A DNA stretch of 64,000 bases from Spirochaetia bacterium. Its GTDB lineage: Bacteria > Spirochaetota > Spirochaetia > DAHUYW01. The translations under genes and the position numbers were made by a program. Numbering within the stretch: the first letter of the stretch is position 1; every line of letters starts with the position of its first letter. The DNA lies in contig JASHNV010000119.1 of assembly GCA_030041455.1 (NCBI GenBank), forward strand, positions 19,787 through 83,786, given 5' to 3'. The notes beneath the pieces are model-generated. The model saw only the letters and a list, made by a program, of their open reading frames with translations, did not search any database and was not told where the DNA came from. This document shows, piece after piece, positions 20,812 to 30,400 of the stretch.

Positions 20812-21933
20812 ATGCGTGATGTCGGGAGGAAGGACGTGACGGCCAAGCGACGAACGCTGCTTCAGATACCCCAGGGAACCGAGGGTTTCTATCTCGAGGA
20901 GGCCTTTCGTCACCGGCGAATCGTCGCGCTCCTCGACGGGCTGTACGAGAGCTGGGGCTACCTGCCCGTGCACACCCCGATCTTCGACTTCTTCGACAAC
21001 TACAAGCCGCTCTTGGGCGATCGGGCGCTCGAGAGCGTCTATCGGCTGATCGACCGCGACGGAGACCTTCTCATGCTTCGCTCCGACATCACGCTCTTCC
21101 TCGCGCGCCAGATGGGACTCGCGCTGCGCGCCGAGCACCTGCCCGTGCGCGTCTACTACTCCGACATCATCCTTCGCCATCAGGACCGCGAGGACATCTC
21201 CCGAAACGAGTTCTTTCAGTCGGGCGTCGAGCTGATCGGACGGCAGGGCGAGGCCGCCGACCTTGAGATCCTGCTCCTCCTCGAGCGCACCCTCGCGCTC
21301 GTCGATCTGCGCGCCGTCATCCACCTCGGCTCGCACGCTCTGTTCGCCGCCTGCTCGGCGGGGCTCTCGGAGGCCGACCGCCAAGCGCTCGGCGCGGCGA
21401 TCGGCGGGCGCGACGCCGAGCGCGTAGCCGGGCTCCTGCAGTCGCGGGACGGCGTCTCGGCCGACTACCTGACGCGCCTGTTCCTTTTCATCGGCGACGG
21501 CGCGGAGCTGCGCACCCTCTATCTGGAGGGAAAGCGGAGCGGTTTCCTGCCGGAGGCCGCGCTTCGCGAGCTCCAGCATCTGCACAGCCTCCTCGAAGAG
21601 CTCTCCGCCCTGGCGACGCGCCCGGCCTTCCGCGTCGATTTGTCGGAGATCGGAGGCCAGCCCTACTACACCGGCATCGTGTTCCAGGCCTACCTCGAGA
21701 ACCAGGACTCGGCGATCGCCTCAGGCGGCCGCTACGACCGGCTGCTCGAGTTCTTCGGATTCCCGGCGCCGTCGGTCGGCTTCTCGCTCCTCCTCCGGAA
21801 GGTGGAGCCCGCGATCCGGGACCAGGGCCGATTCGATCGGCCCACGATCGAGCGAGTCGAGGAGGAGAGCTTCGCGAAGGCCTTTCTCCGGGCCGAAGAG
21901 CTGCGCAAGAAAGGAAAGATCGCGGTCCTGTAG
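20812..21933 (+). CDS. hisZ: ATP phosphoribosyltransferase regulatory subunit HisZ (class II aaRS-like)
   Basis: 373 aa. HisRS-like catalytic-core paralog without an anticodon-binding domain. Sits upstream of a short-form hisG. Confidence 0.8.
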   Translation: MRDVGRKDVTAKRRTLLQIPQGTEGFYLEEAFRHRRIVALLDGLYESWGYLPVHTPIFDFFDNYKPLLGDRALESVYRLIDRDGDLLMLRSDITLFLARQMGLALRAEHLPVRVYYSDIILRHQDREDISRNEFFQSGVELIGRQGEAADLEILLLLERTLALVDLRAVIHLGSHALFAACSAGLSEADRQALGAAIGGRDAERVAGLLQSRDGVSADYLTRLFLFIGDGAELRTLYLEGKRSGFLPEAALRELQHLHSLLEELSALATRPAFRVDLSEIGGQPYYTGIVFQAYLENQDSAIASGGRYDRLLEFFGFPAPSVGFSLLLRKVEPAIRDQGRFDRPTIERVEEESFAKAFLRAEELRKKGKIAVL

Positions 21934-22014
21934 GGACTGGCGCGGCCGGTTGACGCGAAGGCGTCCGACGGCCACAATGGCTCGTTTCGTACGGTACGCT
22001 CCCGGGGTGGCGCA

Positions 22015-22260
22015 ATGCGATTTCAAAGAGTAGAAGAGCTTCCGGAGGACCTTGCGGCGCTTTGCCTCTACCTGAGCGAAGAGCTGCAGCCGGGACTCCC
22101 GAAGCTCGAGCTCCTGAGGCGGGCCGGCCCGCCCTGGCTCGCCCTTCCGGCGTCGGCGTCCTCCGACGGCAACGAGCTCTACGTCTATCCGAGCATCGAC
22201 GACGAATCCTGCGTTTTCGTCTATCTGAAAGGCGGGTACGTCTCCACCGCGAGCTGCTGA
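22015..22260 (+). CDS. Hypothetical small protein (81 aa), low support
   Basis: ORF in the hisZ-hisG spacer. No recognisable domain. Could be spurious. Confidence 0.2.
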   Translation: MRFQRVEELPEDLAALCLYLSEELQPGLPKLELLRRAGPPWLALPASASSDGNELYVYPSIDDESCVFVYLKGGYVSTASC

Positions 22261-22353
22261 GCCTGGCGACCGACCGGGCTCGTCGCGGCGATTGACAGGC
22301 CCCGGAGTCGAGTTCACGATGCGGGTACCAACACCAACCATGGCGGCTTTACG

Positions 22354-22992
22354 ATGACGACGCACGACCAGCCGGTCCCCCTCACCATCGCGCTTCCCAA
22401 GGGACGCTTGCTGCCGAAGATTCTCGAGTTCTTCGAGTCCCGCGGCATCGCGCTGACCTTCGAGGACAGGAGGCTCGTCGCCTACGACGAGAACGGCCGA
22501 TTCAAGGCGTTCCTCGTGAAAAACAACGACCTTCCGACGTACGTCAACCACGGCATCGCGGGTCTCGGCGTCTGCGGCTCGGACGTCCTCTACGAGTCCG
22601 GTTTCCGCTTCTTCAAGCTCCTGACCTTCCCCTTCGGCCGAACCCGCATCTGCCTGGCCGGAAGGAAGGGCCTCGGCGCCGAGACCTATCCCCGGCACCT
22701 AGCGGTCGCGACGAAGCTCACGCGCTTTACGCAGGACCATTTTCACTCCCGCGGGGTGCCGGTCCAGGTCATCAAGCTCGAGGGGTCGGTGGAGCTCGCG
22801 CCGGTGCTCGGGCTCGCGCCGTTCATCGTCGACCTCGTCGAGACCGGCGAGACGCTTCGGGCGAACAGCCTCGAGGTCATCGAGAAGCTCGGCGACGTCA
22901 CGGTTCACCTCGTCGCGAACCCCTCCTATTACAAGCTGAACTATCAAAGCATCAACCGGATCGCGGAGCTCCTGAAGGAGAGTGGCGAATGA
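22354..22992 (+). CDS. hisG: ATP phosphoribosyltransferase, short form
   Basis: 212 aa. HisG-S signature conserved throughout. Consistent with the presence of HisZ. Confidence 0.9.
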   Translation: MTTHDQPVPLTIALPKGRLLPKILEFFESRGIALTFEDRRLVAYDENGRFKAFLVKNNDLPTYVNHGIAGLGVCGSDVLYESGFRFFKLLTFPFGRTRICLAGRKGLGAETYPRHLAVATKLTRFTQDHFHSRGVPVQVIKLEGSVELAPVLGLAPFIVDLVETGETLRANSLEVIEKLGDVTVHLVANPSYYKLNYQSINRIAELLKESGE

Positions 22993-23579
22993 AAGACCGC
23001 AGCGTCTCGCACAAGCGGATCACGAAGGAGACCGAGGTCTCCGTCGATCTCAACCTCACGCGCCCCCGAGAGATCGAGATCGACGTCGAGGGGCTGCCCT
23101 TCCTCGCGCACCTCCTCCACGCGCTCGCGTTCCACGGCGGCTTCTCGGTCGGGATCAAGGCGCGCGGCGACGTCGAGGTGGATCCGCATCACCTCGTCGA
23201 GGATGTCGGGCTCGTCCTCGGCGGCGCCTTCGGAAAAATCGTCGCCGACCACGGCAACGTTCGTCGCTTCGGCCACGCCGTCATCCCCATGGACGACGCG
23301 CTCGCCGAGGCCGCGGTCGACGTGTGCGGCAGGCCGTTTCTCGTCTACCGCGCGCCCTATCCGCAGGAGTGGGCGGGCACCTTCGATTTGTCGCTCCTGA
23401 ACGAGTTCTTCACGGCCTTCGCGAACGAGGCGCGGATCAATCTCCACCTCGAGTGCCGCTACGGAGCGAACGGCCACCACATGGCCGAGGCGCTGTTCAA
23501 GGCGACGGGCAAGGCGCTCGCGGAGGCCTACGCGCCGACCGACGAGGAGCCGCTCTCGACGAAGGGCAGGCTCGGATAG
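22989..23579 (+). CDS. hisB: Imidazoleglycerol-phosphate dehydratase
   Basis: 196 aa. IGPD motifs (HHLVEDVGLVLG, HHMAEALFKA). ATGA overlap with hisG. Confidence 0.9.
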   Translation: MKDRSVSHKRITKETEVSVDLNLTRPREIEIDVEGLPFLAHLLHALAFHGGFSVGIKARGDVEVDPHHLVEDVGLVLGGAFGKIVADHGNVRRFGHAVIPMDDALAEAAVDVCGRPFLVYRAPYPQEWAGTFDLSLLNEFFTAFANEARINLHLECRYGANGHHMAEALFKATGKALAEAYAPTDEEPLSTKGRLG

Positions 23580-23641
23580 CGCGCTCGATACGCGGCGGGG
23601 ATTGCTTTTATGACGGGGGTCGACTATAGTCGAATCGTGGA

Positions 23642-23986
23642 ATGAAGAAAGACGATCTGGCTGGAATCCCGCGTGAAGGATTCATAAAAGTAGACAGCCA
23701 CAAGCTCGCGTCCCTTTCCGGAGAGCAGAAGACGGCGCTCATCCGCAAAGGCAACGAGCTCTTCAATGCCGGCGACTTCGAGAAGGCAAAGCGGATCTTC
23801 CTCACCACGGGATACACGGACGGCATCATTCGGATGGGTGACTACTATTTCGGCAAGCGAGACCCTCTTGAAGCGCTTCGGATGTACTGGCTGGCGCCGG
23901 CTCCCGACAAGAAGGACATGATCGTCGAACGGATCGCCAGGGTGCTGCAGAATTTGCTGAAAGAGGAAGGAAGTTCCGGGAAATGA
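23642..23986 (+). CDS. Hypothetical small TPR-like protein
   Basis: 114 aa. One TPR-like helix pair (GNELFNAGDFEKAKRIF). Overlaps the next TPR gene (ATGA). Confidence 0.4.
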   Translation: MKKDDLAGIPREGFIKVDSHKLASLSGEQKTALIRKGNELFNAGDFEKAKRIFLTTGYTDGIIRMGDYYFGKRDPLEALRMYWLAPAPDKKDMIVERIARVLQNLLKEEGSSGK

Positions 23987-25116
23987 GCGGGGCAGTTGAC
24001 CGAGGAGCCGAGAACTCCGGCTCCTCGCTGAAAACCGAGCAGTTGACGGAGATCTCGGAGCTTTCGAGACGGGGCTATCAGCTCCTGAAGGAAAACATGG
24101 TCGAGGAGGCCGAGGAGGCCTTCAAGAAGATCATGGAGGTCGACGAGAACAACAACTACGCGCTCGTCGGGATGGGGGATGCCGAGCGAAAGCGCCGACG
24201 CTTCCGGCAGGCGGTCGAGTTCTACCTGCAGTGCCTGCAGCACCACCCAGGCAACAACTACGCGCTCTTCGGGCTTGCCGACTGCTATAAGGCGCTCAAT
24301 CAGTACAACCAAGCGATCAAGATCTGGGAGCAGTATCTCCTTCACGACGACTCGAACGTCACGGTCCTCACTCGCGTCGCCGACGCCTATCGGAAGGTGC
24401 GCGACTTCAAGCGGTCGAAGGAGATCTACCTGCGCGTGCTCGCGAAGGAGAAGGACAACGCCTACGCGCTCATCGGCCTCGGCCACCTTCACTACGACTT
24501 CAAGGAGTACGCGGAGGCGCTGAAATATTGGGAGCGGATGATCGAGGTCGATCCCGAGAACGTCGATATCCGCGTCCTCACCTCCATCGGCAACTGCCAC
24601 CGGAAGCTCAGGACCTTCGAGAGGGGGCTCTACTATTTCGGGCGCGCGCTGCAGGCGGAGCCGAACAACTTCTACGCGTTGTTCGGCATGGCGGACTGCT
24701 ACCGCGGTCTCGACGACCAGCGCAAGTGCCTGGAGTACTGGAACAAGATCCTCGTCCTCGATCCCGGGAACAAGGTGATCCTCACGCGGGCGGGCGACGC
24801 GTACCGCAGCATGTCGAACTACCAGGACGCCGAGCGGTACTATCGCAAGGCGCTCAATATCGAGTTCGACGGCTTCGCGATCCTCGGCCTCGCGCTCATC
24901 AACAAGGAGCGCGGGAATTATCAGGAGGCGATCGACAGCCTCCAAGCCCTCCTCAAGAACGATCCGAAGAACTTTCGCCTCTATGTGGAAATCGCCGAGT
25001 GCTACGCCGCGCTCGGCAAGAAAGACAGGGCGACGGCCATCCTCCTGCAGTTTCAGAGGCTCGGCATACGGAACAGCTCCGTGACTCGCCTCCTCGACGC
25101 GCTGCAGAGAGCCTGA
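23983..25116 (+). CDS. Tetratricopeptide-repeat protein
   Basis: 377 aa. About nine tandem TPR units (repeated NNYALxGLADCYxxLxxYxxAIxxWEQ pattern). Confidence 0.7.
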   Translation: MSGAVDRGAENSGSSLKTEQLTEISELSRRGYQLLKENMVEEAEEAFKKIMEVDENNNYALVGMGDAERKRRRFRQAVEFYLQCLQHHPGNNYALFGLADCYKALNQYNQAIKIWEQYLLHDDSNVTVLTRVADAYRKVRDFKRSKEIYLRVLAKEKDNAYALIGLGHLHYDFKEYAEALKYWERMIEVDPENVDIRVLTSIGNCHRKLRTFERGLYYFGRALQAEPNNFYALFGMADCYRGLDDQRKCLEYWNKILVLDPGNKVILTRAGDAYRSMSNYQDAERYYRKALNIEFDGFAILGLALINKERGNYQEAIDSLQALLKNDPKNFRLYVEIAECYAALGKKDRATAILLQFQRLGIRNSSVTRLLDALQRA

Positions 25117-25137
25117 GGAGCGCGATGCGGGCGCCGG

Positions 25138-26931
25138 CTATTCGAGAACCGCGCGGATGCGCCGGACGCCGGCGGAGGAGGACTGCTCCTTCGTGATCTT
25201 GAAGCGGCCGAGCACTCCGGTATGCTCGACGTGCGGCCCGCCGCAGACCTCCTCCGAGAAGTCCCCGATGGAGTAGACCTTCACCTTCTCGCCGTATTTC
25301 TCGTCGAAGAACGCGTAGGCGCCCCGCGCCCTCGCCTCGTCGAGGGTCATGACCTCCATCACCACGGGGAGGTCGGCCTTGATCTCGGCGTTCACGATGT
25401 CCTCGACCCGGCCGATCTGCCCTTCGGTCATCTTCTCCGGATGGGTGAAATCGAAACGCAGCCGCTCGGCGGTGATGTTGCTGCCCATCTGCCGGACGTG
25501 GTCGCCGAGCGTCATGTGAAGCGCCTTGTGGAGGAGATGGGTCGCCGTGTGGAGCTTCGTGGTCATCTCCGAGTGATCGGCGAGCCCGCCCTTGAAGGTC
25601 CGCTCCGAGCCGACCTTGGAAAGCTCCTGGTGGCGCGAGAACGCCTCGTCGAAGCCCGCGGAATCGACCGAAAGGCCGTGCTCGGCCGCGAGCTCCTGGG
25701 TGATCTCGAGGGGAAAGCCGTAGGTGTCGTAGAGCCTGAAGGCGACGCGCCCGGGAATGGTCTTCGCGGGGTCGTCGAGCAGCTCGGGAAGCATTTTCTC
25801 GAACTCGCCCTCCCCCACTCTGAGCGTCTTCAGGAAGCGCTCCTCCTCGAGGGCAAGCTCTTCCATGATGGTCGCGCGGCCCGCGGCAAGCTCCGGATAG
25901 GCTCCCTCGTAGAGATCGACGACGACGCTGGCCGGCTTCTCGAGGAACTTGCCCTCGATGCCGAGCTTGCGGCCGTGGCGAAGCGCGCGTCGGATGAGAC
26001 GGCGCAGGATGTATCCGGCGCCGAGATTGGAGGGCGTCACGGCCCGCTGGTCGCCGAGGATGAAGCTCGCCGTGCGAACGTGGTCGGAGATGATGCGGAT
26101 GGAGCGGTCGGTCGGCTCGTCTCTTCCGAACCGAGCGCCCGAAACCCTCTCGATCTCGGCGATGACGGGCGAGAAGACCTCCGTCTCGTAGACCGACTTC
26201 TTGCGCTGGAGCATCGCCACGGTCCGCTCGATGCCCATGCCGGTATCGACGTTCGGCCGGGGAAGCCGCTCGTAGCTGCCGTCGGCGCGCTTGTTGTACT
26301 CCATGAAGACGTCGTTCCAGATCTCGAAGTACTTCCCGCACGAGCAACCCGGCCGGCAATCGGGTCCGCAGGCCGGCTCTCCGGTGTCGATGAACATCTC
26401 GGAATCCGGCCCGCAGGGCCCGGTCTCCCCCGCGGGTCCCCACCAGTTGTCCTTTCGAGGAAGGAAATAGATGCGCTCTGCGGGGACCCCGAGCGACCGC
26501 CAAACCTCGGCGCTCTCCGCGTCGCGGGCGACCTCTCGGTCTCCCGCGAAGCAGGTGACCGAGAGGGCCTCAGGATCGAGCCCGAGCCATCGCGGCGAGG
26601 TGAGAAACTCGTAGCTCATCTCGATCGCTTCTTTCTTGAAATAATCGCCGAGGGACCAGTTGCCGAGCATCTCGAAGAAGGTGAGGTGGCCCGAGTCGCC
26701 GACCGCCTCGATGTCGCCGGTTCGAATGCATTTCTGATAGTCGGTGAGCCGCGTGCCGGCCGGGTGGCGCTCGCCGAGGAGGTAGGGCACGAGGGGATGC
26801 ATCCCGGCGGTCGTGAAGAGCACCGTCGGATCGTTGTCCGGGATGAGCGACTTGCCGGAGATCTGGGCGTGACCCTTGGAGACGAAGAACTCGATGTATT
26901 TCGTGCGGAGGTCGTTCGCCGTGCGTATCAT
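25138..26931 (-). CDS. alaS: Alanine--tRNA ligase, short form lacking the C-Ala domain
   Basis: About 597 aa from MIRTANDLRTKYIEFF. Class II catalytic core, tRNA-recognition and editing domain (HTATHLL...CGGPHV). No C-terminal C-Ala domain, as in spirochaete AlaRS. The ORF-track start at 27009 is upstream of the likely ATG. Confidence 0.9.
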   Translation of the reverse strand: MIRTANDLRTKYIEFFVSKGHAQISGKSLIPDNDPTVLFTTAGMHPLVPYLLGERHPAGTRLTDYQKCIRTGDIEAVGDSGHLTFFEMLGNWSLGDYFKKEAIEMSYEFLTSPRWLGLDPEALSVTCFAGDREVARDAESAEVWRSLGVPAERIYFLPRKDNWWGPAGETGPCGPDSEMFIDTGEPACGPDCRPGCSCGKYFEIWNDVFMEYNKRADGSYERLPRPNVDTGMGIERTVAMLQRKKSVYETEVFSPVIAEIERVSGARFGRDEPTDRSIRIISDHVRTASFILGDQRAVTPSNLGAGYILRRLIRRALRHGRKLGIEGKFLEKPASVVVDLYEGAYPELAAGRATIMEELALEEERFLKTLRVGEGEFEKMLPELLDDPAKTIPGRVAFRLYDTYGFPLEITQELAAEHGLSVDSAGFDEAFSRHQELSKVGSERTFKGGLADHSEMTTKLHTATHLLHKALHMTLGDHVRQMGSNITAERLRFDFTHPEKMTEGQIGRVEDIVNAEIKADLPVVMEVMTLDEARARGAYAFFDEKYGEKVKVYSIGDFSEEVCGGPHVEHTGVLGRFKITKEQSSSAGVRRIRAVLE

Positions 26932-26989
26932 AGAGAAAATATAGTAATTGGAGCGGCAGGCCATGTCAAGTTTCGGATACCTGTCCGCG

Positions 26990-27018
26990 TTGACAATGCC
27001 AAGGTGCATCTATATACT
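26990..27018 (+). promoter_or_regulatory. Candidate sigma70-type promoter (TTGACA-N17-TATACT) for the alpha-oxoamine synthase gene
   Basis: Consensus -35 hexamer, 17-nt spacer and near-consensus -10 in the AT-richer alaS/SPT divergent intergenic region, about 35 nt upstream of the ATG at 27058. Hand-counted coordinates. Confidence 0.45.
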
Positions 27019-27057
27019 GCGAGCATCTCAGCACCCCAGGCGTAGGAAACAGAAGGC

Positions 27058-28266
27058 ATGGACATATTCGAGAAATGCACGACTTCCCCCATCACGAAGC
27101 TAGCCCATGAGTACATAGACTCGGCATTGTACCCCTATTTCAGGCCGATCGAGACCGGTCAGGATACCGAGGTTTACATCCAGGGGAAAAAGTTCCTCAT
27201 GCTCGGATCCAACAGCTACCTCGGCCTTACCTCCGACCTTCGCGTCATCGAGGCGGCGAACGAGGCGACGAGGAAATACGGCACCGGCAACGCGGGATCG
27301 CGCTTTCTCAACGGCACCCTCGATATCCACGAGAAGCTCGAGGCGAAAATCGCCCGCCTGATGAACCGCGAGAAGGCGATTCTCTATTCGACCGGCTACC
27401 AGACGAACCTCGGGGTCATCTCGGGGCTCGTCGGCAAGGGCGACGTCGTCATCACGGACAAGGCCGATCACGCCTCGATCATCGACGGCTGCAAGCTCTC
27501 CTACGGCGAGATGCTGCGCTTCCGCCACCAGGACATCGACCACCTCGACAAGGTCCTCGAAAAGATCCCCGAGGAGAAGGGGAAGCTGATCGTCGTCGAC
27601 GGCGTCTACTCCATGGAGGGCGACATCGCGGACCTGCCGGGAATCATTCCGGTCGCGAAGAAGCACGGCGCGCGCGTCATGGTCGACGACGCGCACGCGA
27701 TCGGGGTCATCGGCCGCCAGGGCCGCGGGACCGCCTCCTACTGGGCGGAGAAGAAGCGAATCAACGAGCAGGACGTGGACATCATCACCGGGACTTTCTC
27801 GAAGTCCTGGGCCTCCCTCGGCGGCTTCTGCGCCTGCAGCGAAGAGGTCATGCTCTATCTCAGGCACGTGTCGCGCTCCCTCATATTCTCGGCGAGCATG
27901 ACGCCGGGAGCGGTCGCCTCGGTCTCGAAGGCGATCGATATCATGGTCGAAGAGCCCGAGCGCATCGAGCACCTGTGGCACATCACGAACAAGATGCACG
28001 ACGCCTTCCTGAAAATGGGGTTCAAGATCGGGCGGAGCGAGACGCCCATCCTTCCGATCTACGTCGGCCAGCTCCACGACGCCCTGACCTTCTGGAAGGA
28101 GCTTACGAACAACGGCCTGTTCGTGAATCCCGCGGTTCCCCCCGCGGTACCGGAAGGCGAGTGCCTTATGCGCACGAGCTACATGGCGACGCACACCGAC
28201 GAGCAGATGGATTACGCCCTCGACGTGTTCGAGCGGGTGGGCAAGAGCATCGGAATCATTCCGTAG
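27058..28266 (+). CDS. Alpha-oxoamine synthase-family PLP enzyme (serine palmitoyltransferase / BioF / Kbl-like)
   Basis: 402 aa. Fold-type I aminotransferase with the conserved lysine region (ITGTFSKSWASLGGF) and GxxGTGxxGSR motif typical of the AOS family. Subfamily cannot be assigned from sequence alone. Confidence 0.8.
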   Translation: MDIFEKCTTSPITKLAHEYIDSALYPYFRPIETGQDTEVYIQGKKFLMLGSNSYLGLTSDLRVIEAANEATRKYGTGNAGSRFLNGTLDIHEKLEAKIARLMNREKAILYSTGYQTNLGVISGLVGKGDVVITDKADHASIIDGCKLSYGEMLRFRHQDIDHLDKVLEKIPEEKGKLIVVDGVYSMEGDIADLPGIIPVAKKHGARVMVDDAHAIGVIGRQGRGTASYWAEKKRINEQDVDIITGTFSKSWASLGGFCACSEEVMLYLRHVSRSLIFSASMTPGAVASVSKAIDIMVEEPERIEHLWHITNKMHDAFLKMGFKIGRSETPILPIYVGQLHDALTFWKELTNNGLFVNPAVPPAVPEGECLMRTSYMATHTDEQMDYALDVFERVGKSIGIIP

Positions 28267-28286
28267 GGCCGGTTCGCGCCCGAAGC

Positions 28287-28778
28287 CTAGAAGTCCTCAA
28301 GGTCGAGATCGGCGGGGTTCGTCACGAAGTCTTGGAAGACGTAGACGATCGTGCCGCTCTTGCTCACCCTCATCTCGGAGTGACCCTTTTTCACGAGGCC
28401 GTCGAGCTCGCGCTTCGCCTCCTCGATCGGGATGTCGGCCTCAAGCGCCACCTCGGAGGGCGTTACCCGCCCGCGGTTCGCCTTCGCGGTGCGGAGGATC
28501 ACCCGTTCCGTCGAGTCCTTCTTTGGCGCCTGAGCGCCGCGCTCCGGGACGATCCCGCTCAAGAGCGCCTCGCGGTAGCGGACGCGCAGGTTCGCCTCGC
28601 GCACCTGCGTCGGGATCGTGAACAGGTCGTAGATGCTCCCGACCATGAAAAGGCCGCCCGTGAGAAGATAGAGCACGCCGCTTCCGAACTTCCCGAGGTA
28701 GAAGCGGTGGAAGCCCGCGGCGCCGAACCCGGAGAAGAACCACAGAAGGTAGGCGATCGCCGTCGAGTACACGGTCAA
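28287..28778 (-). CDS. TM2-domain membrane protein
   Basis: 163 aa. N-terminal TM2 motif (YLLWFFSGFGAAGFHRFYLGKFGSGVLYLLTGGLFMVGSIYDL). Soluble C-terminal tail. Confidence 0.65.
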   Translation of the reverse strand: MTVYSTAIAYLLWFFSGFGAAGFHRFYLGKFGSGVLYLLTGGLFMVGSIYDLFTIPTQVREANLRVRYREALLSGIVPERGAQAPKKDSTERVILRTAKANRGRVTPSEVALEADIPIEEAKRELDGLVKKGHSEMRVSKSGTIVYVFQDFVTNPADLDLEDF

Positions 28779-28781
28779 CCC

Positions 28782-30020
28782 TCAATCGACAAAATTGTCG
28801 TCCCAGTGAATCGAGATCTTGCGCTGCCCGTCGAGCTCGAGGAGATAATCGACGAACTCTTTGGTCGCCTTGTCCACGTCGCTCTTTCGCATCTTGCCGA
28901 GGTGCTCGAGCTCCTCGGCGACGATCGTCCGACGGCGCGCGGAGAGGTTCGCGAGCAGCTTTGCGCCGATCGCTTCGTCCTTGCCCTTGAGCAGGACCGC
29001 GATCTCCCGGTCGTCGTACTCCCTGAGGATCGACTGCAAGTCCTGGTCGTCCACTTTGAGCAGGATCTCGACGGTGTACACCCGATCCTTCACGTTGCGC
29101 GAGAGCTCCGGATCGAACTCGGCGAGATCCCCGAGGATCTTCTCCTCCGATGCGATGTCCATGTGCTTGAGGATCTCCGCGAGCGCGGCCTTTCCGTCGA
29201 GGTCGCGCGAGACGACGGTGCCCTGGGTCCTGATGCGCTCCTTCAGGACCTCCTCGATGCGGTTGATGACCTCGGGATCCACCTTCTCCATCTTCGCGAT
29301 GCGCTTGACAACCTGGCTCTGAATGTCGGGCGGGAGGTGCTCCACGATCTTGGCGGCCTTCTTCGGATCGAGGCTCGCGAGGACGATGCTCACCGCGCGC
29401 GCCGACTCGCTCTTCAGGAGGAGAAGAATCTGCTCGTAGTCGATGTCGGCGAGGAATCCGAAGGGGGATTGGCCCGAGCGCGGGAGCGCGCGGCGGATGA
29501 GCGACGCCGCGCGCTCCTCGCCGAACGCCGCCCTCAGCATCGCCTTCGCGGTCTCGGGGCCGGCCTTCACCGAGTGCGCCTGCCGCTTCGCCGCGCCGAA
29601 CTCCTTCAGGAGCTGCTTCGCCTCGCCGTCGTCGATCCGGCGGACCCGCGCGATCTCGGCGGTGATGCCCTCGATCTCCTCGCGGGTGAAGTGCTTGAGA
29701 ATCTTCGCGGCTTCTTCCTGGCCGAGAAGGAGCAGGAAGCGCGCGACCTTCCGGTAGCCGCGCTCGCCCGCCCGGGCTTTGAGGAGACCCTCGGTCTTCG
29801 CCGTCCCCGCGGGGGCGGGATCGCTTCGGACGCCCTTCGCGGCGCTCGGGGCTCGAGAGCGGTCCGCGGGCGCTGTACGCCGCGCGCCGTGCGCCGCATG
29901 CTTTCCTGAAAGCTCGACGGTGGCCTGCAGCGCGTCCTTCGGTCTCGGCTTCGCGCCCGATCCCTTCCCCTTCCCGCTCGCCGCGCGGTAGGCCGCGATG
30001 CCCCTCTCCGCCTCGTTCAT
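28782..30020 (-). CDS. fliG: Flagellar motor switch protein FliG paralog with low-complexity N-terminal extension (FliG1-like)
   Basis: 412 aa. About 90-aa Ala/Gly/Lys/Arg-rich N-terminal extension followed by complete FliG N, M and C domains (LILLLKSESARAVSIVLASL ... MRKSDVDKATKEFVDYLLEL). Confidence 0.8.
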   Translation of the reverse strand: MNEAERGIAAYRAASGKGKGSGAKPRPKDALQATVELSGKHAAHGARRTAPADRSRAPSAAKGVRSDPAPAGTAKTEGLLKARAGERGYRKVARFLLLLGQEEAAKILKHFTREEIEGITAEIARVRRIDDGEAKQLLKEFGAAKRQAHSVKAGPETAKAMLRAAFGEERAASLIRRALPRSGQSPFGFLADIDYEQILLLLKSESARAVSIVLASLDPKKAAKIVEHLPPDIQSQVVKRIAKMEKVDPEVINRIEEVLKERIRTQGTVVSRDLDGKAALAEILKHMDIASEEKILGDLAEFDPELSRNVKDRVYTVEILLKVDDQDLQSILREYDDREIAVLLKGKDEAIGAKLLANLSARRRTIVAEELEHLGKMRKSDVDKATKEFVDYLLELDGQRKISIHWDDNFVD

Positions 30021-30088
30021 GCCCCATCATACCAGCGCGCAATTCGGCGGTCAATCGACGCGGACCTCCCGGGATCGTCGAGCTTCTT

Positions 30089-30117
30089 GACTTTTTCCCC
30101 GGGTGAGGCTATAGATG
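30089..30117 (+). promoter_or_regulatory. Candidate sigma70-type promoter (TTGACT-N17-TATAGA) for tRNA-Phe
   Basis: Read from the sequence. The -10 box ends about 15 nt before the mature tRNA 5' end. Hand-counted coordinates. Confidence 0.45.
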
Positions 30118-30132
30118 AGCATTCGTAACGAA

Positions 30133-30205
30133 GCCGCTGTAGCTCAGTTGGTAGAGCAATGGACTGAAAATCCATGTGTCGACGGTTCGATTCCGTCTGG
30201 CGGCA
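30133..30205 (+). tRNA. tRNA-Phe (anticodon GAA)
   Basis: 73-nt cloverleaf. Acceptor GCCGCTG/TGGCGGC, D-arm AGCTCAGTTGGTAGAGC, anticodon stem ATGGA/TCCAT with loop CTGAAAA, T-arm GACGGTTCGATTCCGTC, discriminator A. CCA not encoded. ORFs 30017..30316(-) and 30115..30480(+) overlapping it are artefacts. Confidence 0.85.
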
Positions 30206-30400
30206 GCCTCCGTCCTGGCGCCGGAGTCTTTTCCGGCTTTCAGGCTTCCCGGTCGATGCCCCGAAATGCCGCCTTCGGCGCCGCGAGGAAGAATCGAGCG
30301 TCGGCCGAATGCGCACGACGCGCGCTGAATCGACGCGAACCGGGACCAGCGCCGTGTCGAGCTCGTCCGCTCACGCCGAGGACACTCCTCCCAAGAGTCC

